Notes under the pieces: generated by a model
Seen by the model: the letters and a program-made list of their open reading frames with translations, nothing else
What the model was told of the DNA's origin: nothing
The model's database searches: none
Program-made: the position numbers and the translations under genes
In this document: positions 51,384 to 61,632 of the stretch, one piece after another
Position numbering within the stretch: position 1 is the first letter of the stretch
Layout of the letters: the number at the start of each line of letters is the position of its first letter
Origin: an uncultured Planctomycetaceae bacterium
Lineage (GTDB): Bacteria; Planctomycetota; Planctomycetia; Planctomycetales; Planctomycetaceae
Assembly: GCA_963813715.1 (NCBI GenBank)
Contig: CAWFAK010000016.1
Coordinates: 460,069-524,068 of the forward strand
Direction: 5' to 3'
DNA length: 64,000 nt

Positions 51384-52856
51384 ATGCTGGTGATCCCCGG
51401 TCAGTACGGCAAGGACACCTGTGACGGCTTTAGTCGTCGCGAGCTGTTGCGGGTCGGCGGGTCGGCTCTTCTCGGCCTGAGCCTCCCCAGCATGTTGAAG
51501 ACCACCGCGGCCCAAGCGGCCGCAGCGACGAGCGTGGAAGGCGGCGCGGGAGCCGGCTTCGGCAAAGCCAAATCGGTGATTCTGCTTTATCTGCAAGGCG
51601 GACCGAGCCACCTGGACTTGTGGGATCCGAAGACCGACGTCCCCGATAACGTCAAAAGCGTCTTCAAGCCCATCCCCACGAAACTGCCGGGGGTCCAATT
51701 CACCGAGGTGATGCCCAAGCTGGCGCAAGTGAACGACAAGTTCACGATGATTCGCTCGATGAGCTACACGCCGATCGGCCTCTTCAACCACACGGCGGCC
51801 ATCTACCAGATGCTCACCGGTTACACGGCCGACAACGTCAGCCCGTCGGGCCAGCTCGAGCCGCCCAGCCCGAAAGACTTTCCGAACTTCGGCTGCAACA
51901 TCATCAAGCAGCGTCCGCCCGAAGTGCCGATGCTTCCCTACGTGATGATGCCCCGTCCGTTGCAGGAGAGCAACGTGATCGGCAAGGCGGGGACAGCCGG
52001 CTTCCTGGGCCGCGCCTACGACCCGTACTACCTCTACCCGCCCGGCGACGATCTCGATATGGCCAAGATGGACCACATCAGCATCGACGACCTGGTGCTG
52101 CGTAAAGACGTGCCGCTGGCCCGGCTCGAGCGCCGCGCCCATCTCCGCGACATGGTGAACGCCAGCCTAGGCGACCTCGATCGGGCCGTGAAGAGCTACG
52201 CTCTCGACCAGTACTACGACAAGGCGCTCAGCCTCGTCCTTTCTGGTCGTGCCCGCGACGCCTTCAATCTGAAGGCCGAAAAAGTGGAAACCCGCGACCG
52301 CTACGGCCGCAACACGTTTGGCCAATGCTGCCTGCTGGCTCGCCGCTTGGTCGAAGCCGGCACCCGCGTGGTCGAGGTCAACTGGCCCAAAGTTGCCAAC
52401 TCCGATCGGCACTCGTGGGACGTCCACGTCGGCCTGTCGGAACGGATGAAGAACGAAAACTCGCCGATGCTCGACTCGGGACTCTCGGCCCTGATCGCTG
52501 ACCTGGACGATCGCGGCATGCTCAAAGACACGCTCGTCGTAGCGGTGGGCGAGTTCGGCCGCAGCCCGAAGCGTGGCGTCAGCACCTCCGGCAACTCCAA
52601 CACCGACGACGGCCGCGACCACTGGCCCTACTGCTATACGGCCGTTGTGGCGGGCGCCGGGGTCAAGCGTGGCTTTGTCTACGGCAAGTCGGATAAGACG
52701 GCCTCGTCTCCGATCGAGAATCCCGTCCATCCGATGGAGCTGTTGGCCACGGTCTACCACAGCGTCGGTCTCGTGCCGCGGCAGACGATCTACAACCACC
52801 TCAACCAGCCGCGCGAAATGGTGAAGGCCGATCCCGTGATGGGAATTTTGGCCTAA
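51384..52856 (+). CDS. DUF1501-domain protein (Tat-like signal)
   Basis: [53 protein letters not shown]. Confidence 0.93.
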   Translation: MLVIPGQYGKDTCDGFSRRELLRVGGSALLGLSLPSMLKTTAAQAAAATSVEGGAGAGFGKAKSVILLYLQGGPSHLDLWDPKTDVPDNVKSVFKPIPTKLPGVQFTEVMPKLAQVNDKFTMIRSMSYTPIGLFNHTAAIYQMLTGYTADNVSPSGQLEPPSPKDFPNFGCNIIKQRPPEVPMLPYVMMPRPLQESNVIGKAGTAGFLGRAYDPYYLYPPGDDLDMAKMDHISIDDLVLRKDVPLARLERRAHLRDMVNASLGDLDRAVKSYALDQYYDKALSLVLSGRARDAFNLKAEKVETRDRYGRNTFGQCCLLARRLVEAGTRVVEVNWPKVANSDRHSWDVHVGLSERMKNENSPMLDSGLSALIADLDDRGMLKDTLVVAVGEFGRSPKRGVSTSGNSNTDDGRDHWPYCYTAVVAGAGVKRGFVYGKSDKTASSPIENPVHPMELLATVYHSVGLVPRQTIYNHLNQPREMVKADPVMGILA

Positions 52857-52865
52857 GCCCTTCGG

Positions 52866-52944
52866 GTGGCACTGGCGGCTGGTCCGCCAGTGGGCTTCTG
52901 TTTCAGAAGAATAAAGAGACAAGCGGACGAGCCGCCAGTGCCAC
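52866..52944. repeat. inverted GTGG-type REP-like pair between convergent genes
   Basis: GTGGCACTGGCGGCTGGTCCGCCAGTG ... GCGGACGAGCCGCCAGTGCCAC. Confidence 0.75.
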
Positions 52945-52960
52945 TCACTGCGCAAAAGCG

Positions 52961-54115
52961 TTAGGAGTTCGCCAGGGCGCGGAATGCAGCGAGCGCAGCT
53001 TCTATATGCTCCGGCGTCGTAAATGGCCCGACGCTCATTCGTAGCGTGCCGCCTCCCGCGAAAGTCCCCAGGCTGCGATGGGCGCCCGCAGCGCAGTGCA
53101 GGCCAGCCCGCGTCTCGATGCCGAACGAGCTATCCAGCACGGTTGCCAGTTCCTGCGGCTCGAACCCGTCGAGCGTCACGCTCACTACGCCGACGCGTTC
53201 GTCCGGCGATCGCGGCCCATAAATCCGCAGCCCGTTGATTGGCGAGAGTCCGGCGATCAGCTGTTCGGTCAGTTCGCGCTCGTGTCGGCAAATCCCTTGA
53301 ACGCCCCTCTCCTCGATCCAGGCGAGCGCCGCCTCCAGACCGAACAGGCCGGGGACGTTGTGGTTGCCAGCTTCGTACTTGTCGGGTAGCCGCTCGGGCT
53401 GGCGATCATCTTCGCTGTGCGAGCCCGTGCCGCCTTGGCGGACGCTGTCGAGCTGCTCCTCGACGCCGGGGCCCAAGTACAGAATTCCCGTCCCCAGCGG
53501 ACCGAGCAACCCTTTGTGACCCGGCGCGGCCAAGAGATCAATCGGCGAGCGAGAGACATCGATCGGCAAATGTCCTGCCGATTGTGCCGCATCGACCAGA
53601 AACAGCGCCACCGCCGCGTGAGCCAATTCGCCGACGCGGTCGATCGGCTGGATGGTTCCTGTCACGTTCGACGCGTGCACGAGGGCCACGAGACGAGTTT
53701 TCTTTTCGAGCGCGCGTCCGACGTCCTCCGAGCTGATGCGACCTTCCGCGTCGGCGGAAACGTACGTGACTTCGACGCCCCGACCACGCAGATGGCGTAA
53801 GGGCCGCAGAACCGAATTGTGTTCACTGGCCGACGTGACGACGTGATCGCCGGGGCGCAACAGTCCGTGGAACGCCAGGTTCAGGCTATCAGTGCCGTTG
53901 AACGTGAAGATGATTCGCTCGGGACTCGCTGAACCCAGCAGCCACGCCGCGCACTGTCGGCAACGCGAGATGACCTCGTGGACGCGGAGGGCCGCGCGCG
54001 TCGCACTTCGCCCCTCAGCGGCCCCTTCGTCACAAAGTGCGCGTGTGGCCGCTTCTATCACGCCGGGAGGTTTCGGATAGCTCGTCGCGGCGTTGTCGAG
54101 GTAAATTCGTGGCAC
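52961..54115 (-). CDS. cysteine desulfurase family (class V PLP aminotransferase)
   Basis: IYLDNAATSYPKP, EHNSV, DAAQ, PGHKGLLGP, RAGLHCA. Confidence 0.92.
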   Translation of the reverse strand: MPRIYLDNAATSYPKPPGVIEAATRALCDEGAAEGRSATRAALRVHEVISRCRQCAAWLLGSASPERIIFTFNGTDSLNLAFHGLLRPGDHVVTSASEHNSVLRPLRHLRGRGVEVTYVSADAEGRISSEDVGRALEKKTRLVALVHASNVTGTIQPIDRVGELAHAAVALFLVDAAQSAGHLPIDVSRSPIDLLAAPGHKGLLGPLGTGILYLGPGVEEQLDSVRQGGTGSHSEDDRQPERLPDKYEAGNHNVPGLFGLEAALAWIEERGVQGICRHERELTEQLIAGLSPINGLRIYGPRSPDERVGVVSVTLDGFEPQELATVLDSSFGIETRAGLHCAAGAHRSLGTFAGGGTLRMSVGPFTTPEHIEAALAAFRALANS

Positions 54116-54172
54116 GCTAATCGTTGGCCGGAACTTTGTAGACTGAAGGCGAACGGCTGCCGTCGGGCGGGC

Positions 54173-54940
54173 CTATTTGAGGAACAAACGTGTCAGTTGC
54201 CAGCGCAGATTGCCTTGGTAAATCGCCTGGCTTGGCATTCGATTTTGCGCGGCGGTGATTGTGATCCGAGCCACTGCAAGCCGATGCCCAGACGTGCCGC
54301 ACTCGCGCGAGGCAATCGTGGCTGCGAAGGCAATCAGATTCTCGCGACGATCCGGAAACACCGGCAGCCCGGTCGCGGCATACTCAAAACGTTCCTGCGG
54401 AATCCGCAAAAGCAGCCAGGGTTCGCGCGTCACAAGATCGGCGAACAGCAGCCGCTTCGTCACTAATTGGCGACCCCCGATCGGCTGAACAGGCCCGGCC
54501 ATGCCGCCGTTCCCAACCCCCCCGAACGTCCAACTTACGACACCCTCCTCCATGAAAGGCTCCTGGGCGGAGACGAGGTCGACCCAGATCGCTTCGGACC
54601 ATTTCACGACCCCCTTCTGGTGCGAGGCGACATAGAAGAACACGTCCTCGTCCGCGCGTCCGGAGCGAAGTGTGACGACCTCGGGCGGCTCGACAACGGC
54701 TGATTGCGGCACCGCCCGTGCATTGATACCGGCTGCCGCGAGAATCGCGATGCATCGATCGGCGACGTGTTCCGCCAGGTTCTCCGCAAGAATTCCCGAG
54801 CGCTGGGGCAGAACCTGGATGAGGTCGACAAGGGAAAGGTCCAGCAGTTCGGCAATCAGTCGCGCGACGGCCGGAATATCGAGGTCGGAGTCATCCATTC
54901 GCACTACCGCGAATGATGGAGGCACTTGCTCATTCGTCAT
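54173..54940 (-). CDS. hypothetical protein
   Basis: 255-aa ORF co-oriented within the moa cluster; possible frameshift near the 3' end. Confidence 0.55.
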   Translation of the reverse strand: MTNEQVPPSFAVVRMDDSDLDIPAVARLIAELLDLSLVDLIQVLPQRSGILAENLAEHVADRCIAILAAAGINARAVPQSAVVEPPEVVTLRSGRADEDVFFYVASHQKGVVKWSEAIWVDLVSAQEPFMEEGVVSWTFGGVGNGGMAGPVQPIGGRQLVTKRLLFADLVTREPWLLLRIPQERFEYAATGLPVFPDRRENLIAFAATIASRECGTSGHRLAVARITITAAQNRMPSQAIYQGNLRWQLTRLFLK

Positions 54941-54980
54941 TCATTCGAGCTTCGTCTTGGCCATTCGGGCTTCTCAAACA

Positions 54981-55991
54981 TCAGCCGCCAATCGAGTACA
55001 TCGGCCGCGACGGCTGGATGAAGCGGGCCGTGTTGATCTCGTGCCCTTCCTTCTTGACGCCGATCGAGCTGCGGACCGCGGCTTCGATCTCGGCGTCAGT
55101 GCCGCCGCCGCGCAGAATCCGGCGGATGTCCGTCTCCTCGAGACTGAACAGGCAGTTCCGGATCTGGCCGTCGGCCGTCAGGCGGAAGCGATTGCAGTCG
55201 AGGCAAAAAGGCTGGCTCACCGAGGCGATGAAGCCGATGCGGCCCACGCCGTCGGCGAACACGTATTCGGTCGCCGGGGCGCCCGGGTCGGGCCGACCGC
55301 ACGGCACTAGCGGCATAATCTCGCTCGACAGCGTGTCGACGATCTCCTGGGCGAAGAGCACCTTGTTGCGCTGCCACGCGCTGTCGGCGTCGAGCGGCAT
55401 GTATTCGATGAATCGCATCTCGACGCCCGTCTCGCGAGCGAAGTGGCCGAACGGAACGATTTCCGACTCCGTCAGTCCACGGACCGAAACGGCGTTGACC
55501 TTCACCGGGTCAAAGCCGATCTGCTGGGCGAAGCGAATCCCTTCGATGACTTTCTCGTACCCGTCGCGTCGCGTGATCTGTTTGAACTTGGCCGGGTTGA
55601 GGGCGTCGAGACTGACGTTGAGCCGCCGCAAGCCGGCGTCCCAGAGCGCGAGGGCCTGCTCGGCGAGCAGGATGCCATTGGTCGTAAGGCCGACGTCGCG
55701 GATTCCCGGAATGGGAGCGATCTGGGCGACCAGCTTGTCGATGTCGCGGCGGACGAGCGGCTCGCCCCCGGTGAGGCGAACCTTGTTGACGCCCAATTTG
55801 GCAACGACCCACACGAAGCGTTCGATCTCCTCAAACGTCAACAGCTCGCTGCGGTCCATGAACTGGGCGTCGTCAGCCGGCATGCAATAGAAGCAGCGGA
55901 GGTTGCAGCGGTCGGTGACGCTGATCCGCACGTTCGTGTGCACGCGGCCGAAGCCGTCGATGAGCGGAGCGGGCCGCGGGGCGTCGATCAC
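54981..55991 (-). CDS. moaA: GTP 3',8-cyclase MoaA
   Basis: RISVTDRCNLRCFYCMP, FCLDCNRFRLTADG, terminal MYSIGG; GTGA overlap with moaE. Confidence 0.97.
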   Translation of the reverse strand: MIDAPRPAPLIDGFGRVHTNVRISVTDRCNLRCFYCMPADDAQFMDRSELLTFEEIERFVWVVAKLGVNKVRLTGGEPLVRRDIDKLVAQIAPIPGIRDVGLTTNGILLAEQALALWDAGLRRLNVSLDALNPAKFKQITRRDGYEKVIEGIRFAQQIGFDPVKVNAVSVRGLTESEIVPFGHFARETGVEMRFIEYMPLDADSAWQRNKVLFAQEIVDTLSSEIMPLVPCGRPDPGAPATEYVFADGVGRIGFIASVSQPFCLDCNRFRLTADGQIRNCLFSLEETDIRRILRGGGTDAEIEAAVRSSIGVKKEGHEINTARFIQPSRPMYSIGG

Positions 55992-56434
55992 GGCGACGTC
56001 CCCCGATTCGATCCCGTCGATTCCACGCCGGGATGCACCCACTCGCTCGTGCCGTCGTGCCAGTTCTCTTTTTTCCAGATGGGCACCGTCTCTTTGAGCG
56101 TGTCGATCAGATAGCGGGCCGCGTCGAACGCCTCCCCGCGATGGGCCGCGCTCACGGCGACGGCCACGCTCACTTCGCCCAACTCCAGCCGACCGGTCCG
56201 GTGCACGATGGCCACGCGGTCGAGCGGCCAGCGGCGGCGGACTTCCGCCTCGATCTCGTCCAGTTTCTTCTGGGCCATCGGCCCGAAGGCTTCGTAATCG
56301 AGCGAGTCGGTGCGGCGTCCTTCGGTCATTTCGCGAACAGTCCCCAGGAACAGCACGACCGCACCGCTGTCCGTCGAACGCACCGACTCCGTCAGTGCGG
56401 CAAAGTCGATCGGATCCTCGGTGAGTCGCTGCAT
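55988..56434 (-). CDS. moaE: molybdopterin synthase catalytic subunit MoaE
   Basis: GAVVLFLGTVRE, LDYEA, HRTG.L, HRGEAF, VPIWKKE. Confidence 0.96.
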   Translation of the reverse strand: MQRLTEDPIDFAALTESVRSTDSGAVVLFLGTVREMTEGRRTDSLDYEAFGPMAQKKLDEIEAEVRRRWPLDRVAIVHRTGRLELGEVSVAVAVSAAHRGEAFDAARYLIDTLKETVPIWKKENWHDGTSEWVHPGVESTGSNRGTSP

Positions 56435-56438
56435 CGGG

Positions 56439-56684
56439 CTATCCGCCGCTGACGGGAGGAAAACAGGCCACATCCGACTGCGGTAAGAGGACGACACTAT
56501 CATCGGCGTAATCGGTGCCAATGGCGACCAACAGACACGGCGCCAGGGGGCGGAGGTTCGGAGACTGTTCGGCCAAAGCGGTCCGCAAATCGGCCACGCG
56601 GGCGCCGGCCGGCAGATCGACGGAGATCCGTTCGGCCCCGGCCGCATCGCGGGCCCGCGCAAACAGCCGCACGTCCAGCTTCAT
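56439..56684 (-). CDS. moaD: molybdopterin synthase sulfur carrier MoaD
   Basis: VRLFARARDAAG...FPPVSGG. Confidence 0.95.
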   Translation of the reverse strand: MKLDVRLFARARDAAGAERISVDLPAGARVADLRTALAEQSPNLRPLAPCLLVAIGTDYADDSVVLLPQSDVACFPPVSGG

Positions 56685-59662
56685 GAGGCCACCAGCTTGC
56701 GCTTCGTGGGCCGCAGTTTGCTTTCGATTTCGGGCATCAGTCCGTAGGAGTACGCCAGCAGCTTGAGCGGGTGGACGGTCGGCGTTTCGGTCCCCTGCTC
56801 CATTTGGAACTTGCAGCCGCTGCATTCGGTGACACCGGCGTCAAATTCGGGATTGCGCATCGCCGTGATCAGCTCCCAGCCGATCCGTATCGACGTCCGG
56901 AAGTTGCGCTCGGTCAGGCCGTAAGCGCCCGCCATTCCCGAGCAGCCCTTCTCGATTCTATGCAACCGCAGTTGCGGGATCAAAGAGAGCAAATCGGCCA
57001 GCGGCGTGCCACACTCGAGGGACTTGAGGTGGCATGGCGTATGATAGGCGACATCGAGGTCGAGCGGACGAAAATCGGTCCGCAGCTTGCCGCTTTTATG
57101 CAAATCGTGAAGGTACGCGCCGGCGTCGATCACCTGCGACGCGAGCACATCGACGTCCGGGTGGTTGAGGATCATCGGGTACTCGTGCTTGAGGCAGAGC
57201 GCGGCCGTCGGCTCCGTGCAGAGGATCGGATAGCCCTCGCGGGCCAATTCGGCTAGCTCGCGGACGTTCTGGTCGGCGACGACGCGGGCCGCCTCCAGAT
57301 CGCCGGCGCAGATCATGGCCATTCCCGATGACGTTTGGGCTGGCGGAACGTAGACCGAAATGCCGTTGTGCTCGAGCACCGCCAACAACGCCTGCCCCAA
57401 TTGCGGGTCGTGATAGTTCGCGTAATCGCTGACGAAGTAGACAACCGTGGGACGGCCGCGACGATTTTTCTGCGGCTTGCCGGGACCACGGCGGACGGTG
57501 CTCAAGAAGGAGCGCCGAGCGAAGAGGGGCAGCTTCCTCCGTCGCGATATGCCGACGAGATGTTCGATGCACCACCGCGCGGCCGGGTTGCCGATCGCCC
57601 AATTCATCGCCAGCGACGCCGTGCTGCCCAGCCAACCGTAGGAGTGCGCGCGGGAGAGGATCCAGTCAGCCCGCGTGATGCCGTGCGCGGCCACCTGCGC
57701 GGCCTTGGCCTCGATCATCATCTGCGGAACGTTGACGTTGGTCGGACACTCGAGCTGGCACTGCTTGCAGTTGAAGCAGAGGTCGCTCACGGACTTCATC
57801 GATTCGGACGTCCATTCCCTCGGATCGAGCTGGCCGGTGAGCCAATCGCGCAGCACGTTGGCCTTGGAGCGCGGACTGGCTTCTTCGCGGCTTTCGATGT
57901 GGAAAAATGGGCACATCCGCGAATCGGGCGACTGCGTCTTGCAGTGGCCGCAGCCGTTGCAGGTCAGCGCTTCGTCCAGCAGCGTCCGCTCGCTCCAACG
58001 GAGCTGCAGCGGCACGGGCTCGGCCTCGCGGGCGGCCGTCGGCCGGATGTGTTCCCGCGGCCAGCGGACGTCGGTTCCGACGATCTTGCCCGGGTTGAGC
58101 ACGTGCTTGGGATCGAAGACCTCTTTGACGTCCTCGAACACGCGATAAAGCTGCCCGTATTCGGTCCGCAGAAAGGCCGTTCGCGACATACCGTCGCCGT
58201 GCTCGCCGCTGATGGTCCCGCCGACTGCGAAGACGGCCGTGTACAGGTCGCGGGCCAATTCTTCGAGCTTGGGGCCGTCGATGGGCGAGGGCGGAGACAA
58301 AAACGGACGCAAGTGCAACTGGCCGGCGGCGGCGTGCGAGTAGAGCGAGGCGGTCACCTCGTGGTTTTGGAACACCTTTTGCGCGGCCCGCAAAAAGTCC
58401 AACAGCATCGACGGGGGGACCGCAATGTCTTCGACCAGCGGCGTCGGGCGAGTCTGCCCCTTAAGCCGCGTGAGCAGCGGCACGACTTTGCCGGGCAGCG
58501 TCCAGAGGAATTCGACCTCTTCGAACGAATGCGCCTGGTAGCCGACGACGGCGTTGATGTTAAGCGAGCGGACGGCCCGGATGACCATCTTGATGCGGTC
58601 GCGGCATTGCGCGTCGCTGAAGCCGATTTGCTCGACGATCAGCGCCACTTCGGCCGTCGGCGCGATCAACTGCTCAAACCGCGGATCGGCATCCCGCGCC
58701 AGCGAAAGCAAGCGGCGGTCCATCAGGTCGCACGCGCTGGGCTCGTGCTCGGCGATCTCCTGGACGGCTTTGATCGCCGACTCGAGATCGCCGAACAACA
58801 ACAGCGCGACGGCCCGGTGCGGCGGCAGCACCGACGTGTGCAGTGTGGCCGCCGTAAACAGGCCCAGCGTCCCCTCAGAGCCGACCAACAGCCGCGGCAC
58901 GCTCAGCGTCGAGCCTGCCAACACGCCCCGCAAATAGTAGCCGGCCGCATTGCGGATCAGCGGCGGCTGCCGACGCGCAATCAGGTCGCGGTTTTCGACG
59001 AGCAGGGCCGCCAGCCGTTCGACGATCGACCGCCGCGTCGATTCGGGATCGCCGTTGGCCGACGGCTGGGCGTCGAGCGCCGTGTCGGCGACGAAGGCGG
59101 CTTCGAGCTGCGTCCGCGTCAGCGATTCCTCGCGAAACTCGACGACCGTGCCGCCGGCCAACACCGTCTCGATGCTCGCCACGTGGTCGCGCGTCGAGCC
59201 GACGCGGATCGAATGCGAACCGGCCGCGTCGACGGCAAGCATTCCTCCCACCGTGGTTACCGCCGTGTTCGACGGGTCGGGCGGAAAATAGCGGCCGTGC
59301 GGTCGCAGAATCTGATTGAGCCGATCGCGGACGACGCCCGGCTGCACGCGGACCGTTTCTTCGCCGATCGACTCGACATTGGTCATGTGGCAGGCGAAGT
59401 CGACGACCAGCCCCTCGCCGATCGCCCCTCCGGCGACGCCCGTACCGGCCCCGCGGGGAACGAGCGGAGTTCCGGTCTCGGCCGCGTACTTCGCCAGCAC
59501 GACGACATCATCGCGATCGAGGGGCCGCGCGATGCCCAGCGGCGTCACCTGGAAAATACTGGCGTCGCTGGCATAGGCCGAGAGCATCAACGGCTCGCAA
59601 CACACGTCCCCCCGGAAGATTCCGGACAGGTCTTCGCTGAGTTGGCGCTGCCGTTCGTTCAC
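56681..59662 (-). CDS. FAD-binding and Fe-S oxidoreductase (GlcD plus GlpC-type fusion)
   Basis: PRGAGTG, GSEGTLG, SGEHGDG, CNGCGHC, CFNCKQCQLECP and CCG-like domains. Confidence 0.92.
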   Translation of the reverse strand: MNERQRQLSEDLSGIFRGDVCCEPLMLSAYASDASIFQVTPLGIARPLDRDDVVVLAKYAAETGTPLVPRGAGTGVAGGAIGEGLVVDFACHMTNVESIGEETVRVQPGVVRDRLNQILRPHGRYFPPDPSNTAVTTVGGMLAVDAAGSHSIRVGSTRDHVASIETVLAGGTVVEFREESLTRTQLEAAFVADTALDAQPSANGDPESTRRSIVERLAALLVENRDLIARRQPPLIRNAAGYYLRGVLAGSTLSVPRLLVGSEGTLGLFTAATLHTSVLPPHRAVALLLFGDLESAIKAVQEIAEHEPSACDLMDRRLLSLARDADPRFEQLIAPTAEVALIVEQIGFSDAQCRDRIKMVIRAVRSLNINAVVGYQAHSFEEVEFLWTLPGKVVPLLTRLKGQTRPTPLVEDIAVPPSMLLDFLRAAQKVFQNHEVTASLYSHAAAGQLHLRPFLSPPSPIDGPKLEELARDLYTAVFAVGGTISGEHGDGMSRTAFLRTEYGQLYRVFEDVKEVFDPKHVLNPGKIVGTDVRWPREHIRPTAAREAEPVPLQLRWSERTLLDEALTCNGCGHCKTQSPDSRMCPFFHIESREEASPRSKANVLRDWLTGQLDPREWTSESMKSVSDLCFNCKQCQLECPTNVNVPQMMIEAKAAQVAAHGITRADWILSRAHSYGWLGSTASLAMNWAIGNPAARWCIEHLVGISRRRKLPLFARRSFLSTVRRGPGKPQKNRRGRPTVVYFVSDYANYHDPQLGQALLAVLEHNGISVYVPPAQTSSGMAMICAGDLEAARVVADQNVRELAELAREGYPILCTEPTAALCLKHEYPMILNHPDVDVLASQVIDAGAYLHDLHKSGKLRTDFRPLDLDVAYHTPCHLKSLECGTPLADLLSLIPQLRLHRIEKGCSGMAGAYGLTERNFRTSIRIGWELITAMRNPEFDAGVTECSGCKFQMEQGTETPTVHPLKLLAYSYGLMPEIESKLRPTKRKLVAS

Positions 59663-59753
59663 GTGTTGTTGCCGTGGCAGGTGGGCGAAAGCGAGCCGCA
59701 ATGGGGAACCAAGAGACTCGGCACGAGCTTCGCGTTCTCCGGGGAAGCGGGAT

Positions 59754-60275
59754 TTACGAGGAAGGTTGCGAGAGCGTCTGCCGCCGCAGCCGCTCCTGGC
59801 GATAACGCTCGGCGACCTCCAAATCGAAAGATTCGTGCGTCGCGGCAGTCGCGCTGCCGCCGTGCCGCGCCGCGCAGCGATAACAGACCGACACGTCCCG
59901 CATGAAGAGAAAGAGCAGTGCGTCGACGAGCGCGAAAGCCATCAAGATGGCGAGCGCCAGCACGGGTTGCCAAAAGGCGTAGGCGATGGTGCTGCAGAGA
60001 ATGGCCGTGCCCACCATCAGCAATCCCACGCGGGCCGAAAAATCCTTCTGCCGCCAGAGATCGTTGCAGCCGCAGACCAGGCAGCGCGCAGGTTTAGCTT
60101 GGGCAAAGTCGCCAGAGGAGGAGGCCCGCTGCCAACCGCAGCTTGCGCACCGAACGCCGTTACCCGGGGCGACTTGGACGCGACTGGTGCGCTCGCATTT
60201 GGGGCAGCAAAAAGTCAGAGCAACCGGCACCGGGGACCGCGTCGCCTGCTCCTGTCGGGTGCTCGCCGTCGTCAC
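59754..60275 (-). CDS. membrane protein with CxxC zinc-ribbon motifs
   Basis: CPKC, CASC, CLVC, two TM helices, CYRC. Confidence 0.75.
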   Translation of the reverse strand: MTTASTRQEQATRSPVPVALTFCCPKCERTSRVQVAPGNGVRCASCGWQRASSSGDFAQAKPARCLVCGCNDLWRQKDFSARVGLLMVGTAILCSTIAYAFWQPVLALAILMAFALVDALLFLFMRDVSVCYRCAARHGGSATAATHESFDLEVAERYRQERLRRQTLSQPSS

Positions 60276-60500
60276 GTCAAAAAGTCCTCAGCCTGGAGGC
60301 TGTCTGCAAATCGATTTCGCGTCTTCCGCAAGTCATCGTGGACGCCGGTATCCCCACTGGGGATAATTCCGGCAGAAGCGGAACGAGTCTGGGCGCGTCC
60401 TATTTCTAACTTAGCGGATGCGTCGGCGGCTCGCCATGACTCAACCGCGCAAGGTGCGAATTTGCCTGAACTTCGGGCAGTTCAACGCAGGACGAATCGC

Positions 60501-60689
60501 ATGTCTCTTGAAGCATCACGGGCGAGCCATGCCGGTCAAAACGAGACCGGCGGCCCGGGGGATCGCGAGCGTCCGAAACGCCCTGCCTGTCCCATCTGCG
60601 GCGGACCGCTGGTCGAGATCAAGCAGAAGCTGCAGTGCGCCAATTGCCGGGCGATCTGCGAGACCTGTTGCGAGGGCGGCCGCGGCTAG
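60501..60689 (+). CDS. small Cys-rich zinc-ribbon protein
   Basis: CPICGG...CANCRAICETCCEG; AGGA RBS; stop abuts the next start. Confidence 0.6.
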   Translation: MSLEASRASHAGQNETGGPGDRERPKRPACPICGGPLVEIKQKLQCANCRAICETCCEGGRG

Positions 60690-61516
60690 ATGAACGTCCC
60701 ACCGAGCCTCTCCCCGCCGCAGATCCGAGAAATCGCCGAGCGGATCCTCCTCGCCGATGGGCTTGAGACCAAGCTGGCCAAAATTCCGGTTGAGCCGGCC
60801 GACGATCGGCCCGGTCAGGTTCTGCGCGTCACCCTTCCCGGGCGGCCGGCCGAGTTAAAGTTCGCGCCGCGGCGGACGGCGCCGGCGATGCCCCGCGGCG
60901 AGTCGCTTCGCGATCCGAAAAAGCGGGCCATCGCGCACCACATTCTGGCCAACCATGAGCTGCAGGCCCTCGAGGTGATGGCCTTCGTGCTGCTCGCCTT
61001 TCCCTCTGCTCCCGCCGAGTTTCGCCGCGGCTTGCTCGACATCATGCGGGACGAACAGCGACACACGCGGCTGCACGTTGACCGGGCGCCGAGCTGGGCA
61101 TTCGCTTCGGCGATTTGCCGGTGAACGATTACATCTGGACCAAGGCCCAAGTATTCGAGTCGGTGCTCGATTACGTGGCCGGGCTGCCGCTCACCTTCGA
61201 GGGCCGCAACCTCGACCACACGCTCGAATTCGAGAGTTTTTTCGAGCAGGCCGGCGATCCGCAAAGTGCGGCCATCCTCCGCACCATCCATCGCGACGAA
61301 ATCGGCCACGTCCGCTTCGGTCTCGACTGGCTGCGGCGGTTGAAGCCGGCCGATCAATCGGATTGGGACGCTTACTGCGCGCACCTGCACTGGCCGTTGC
61401 GTGCTGAAAAGTCTATTGGCGATGAGCTGAATCGCGGTCCCCGCTTGAAAGCCGGGATGAGCGAAGAATTCCTCGATCGATTGGCCGCCGCTCAGCGTGA
61501 CGCGCGGTCTCGCTGA
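60690..61516 (+). CDS. ferritin-like DUF455 protein, frameshift near 61085
   Basis: HILANHELQALE, DEQRH, EGRNLD, DEIGHVRFG. Confidence 0.88.
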
Positions 61517-61632
61517 TTGCGGCCCGACCGAGACAGGTCAATCGGCATGCGGCGCAACGCGTCTTGCCTCCCTTTTGGCGATCTGGTTAAATTCCCGCCC
61601 CCGACGGGCAAGCATCAAAACGGGAGGCAGGC

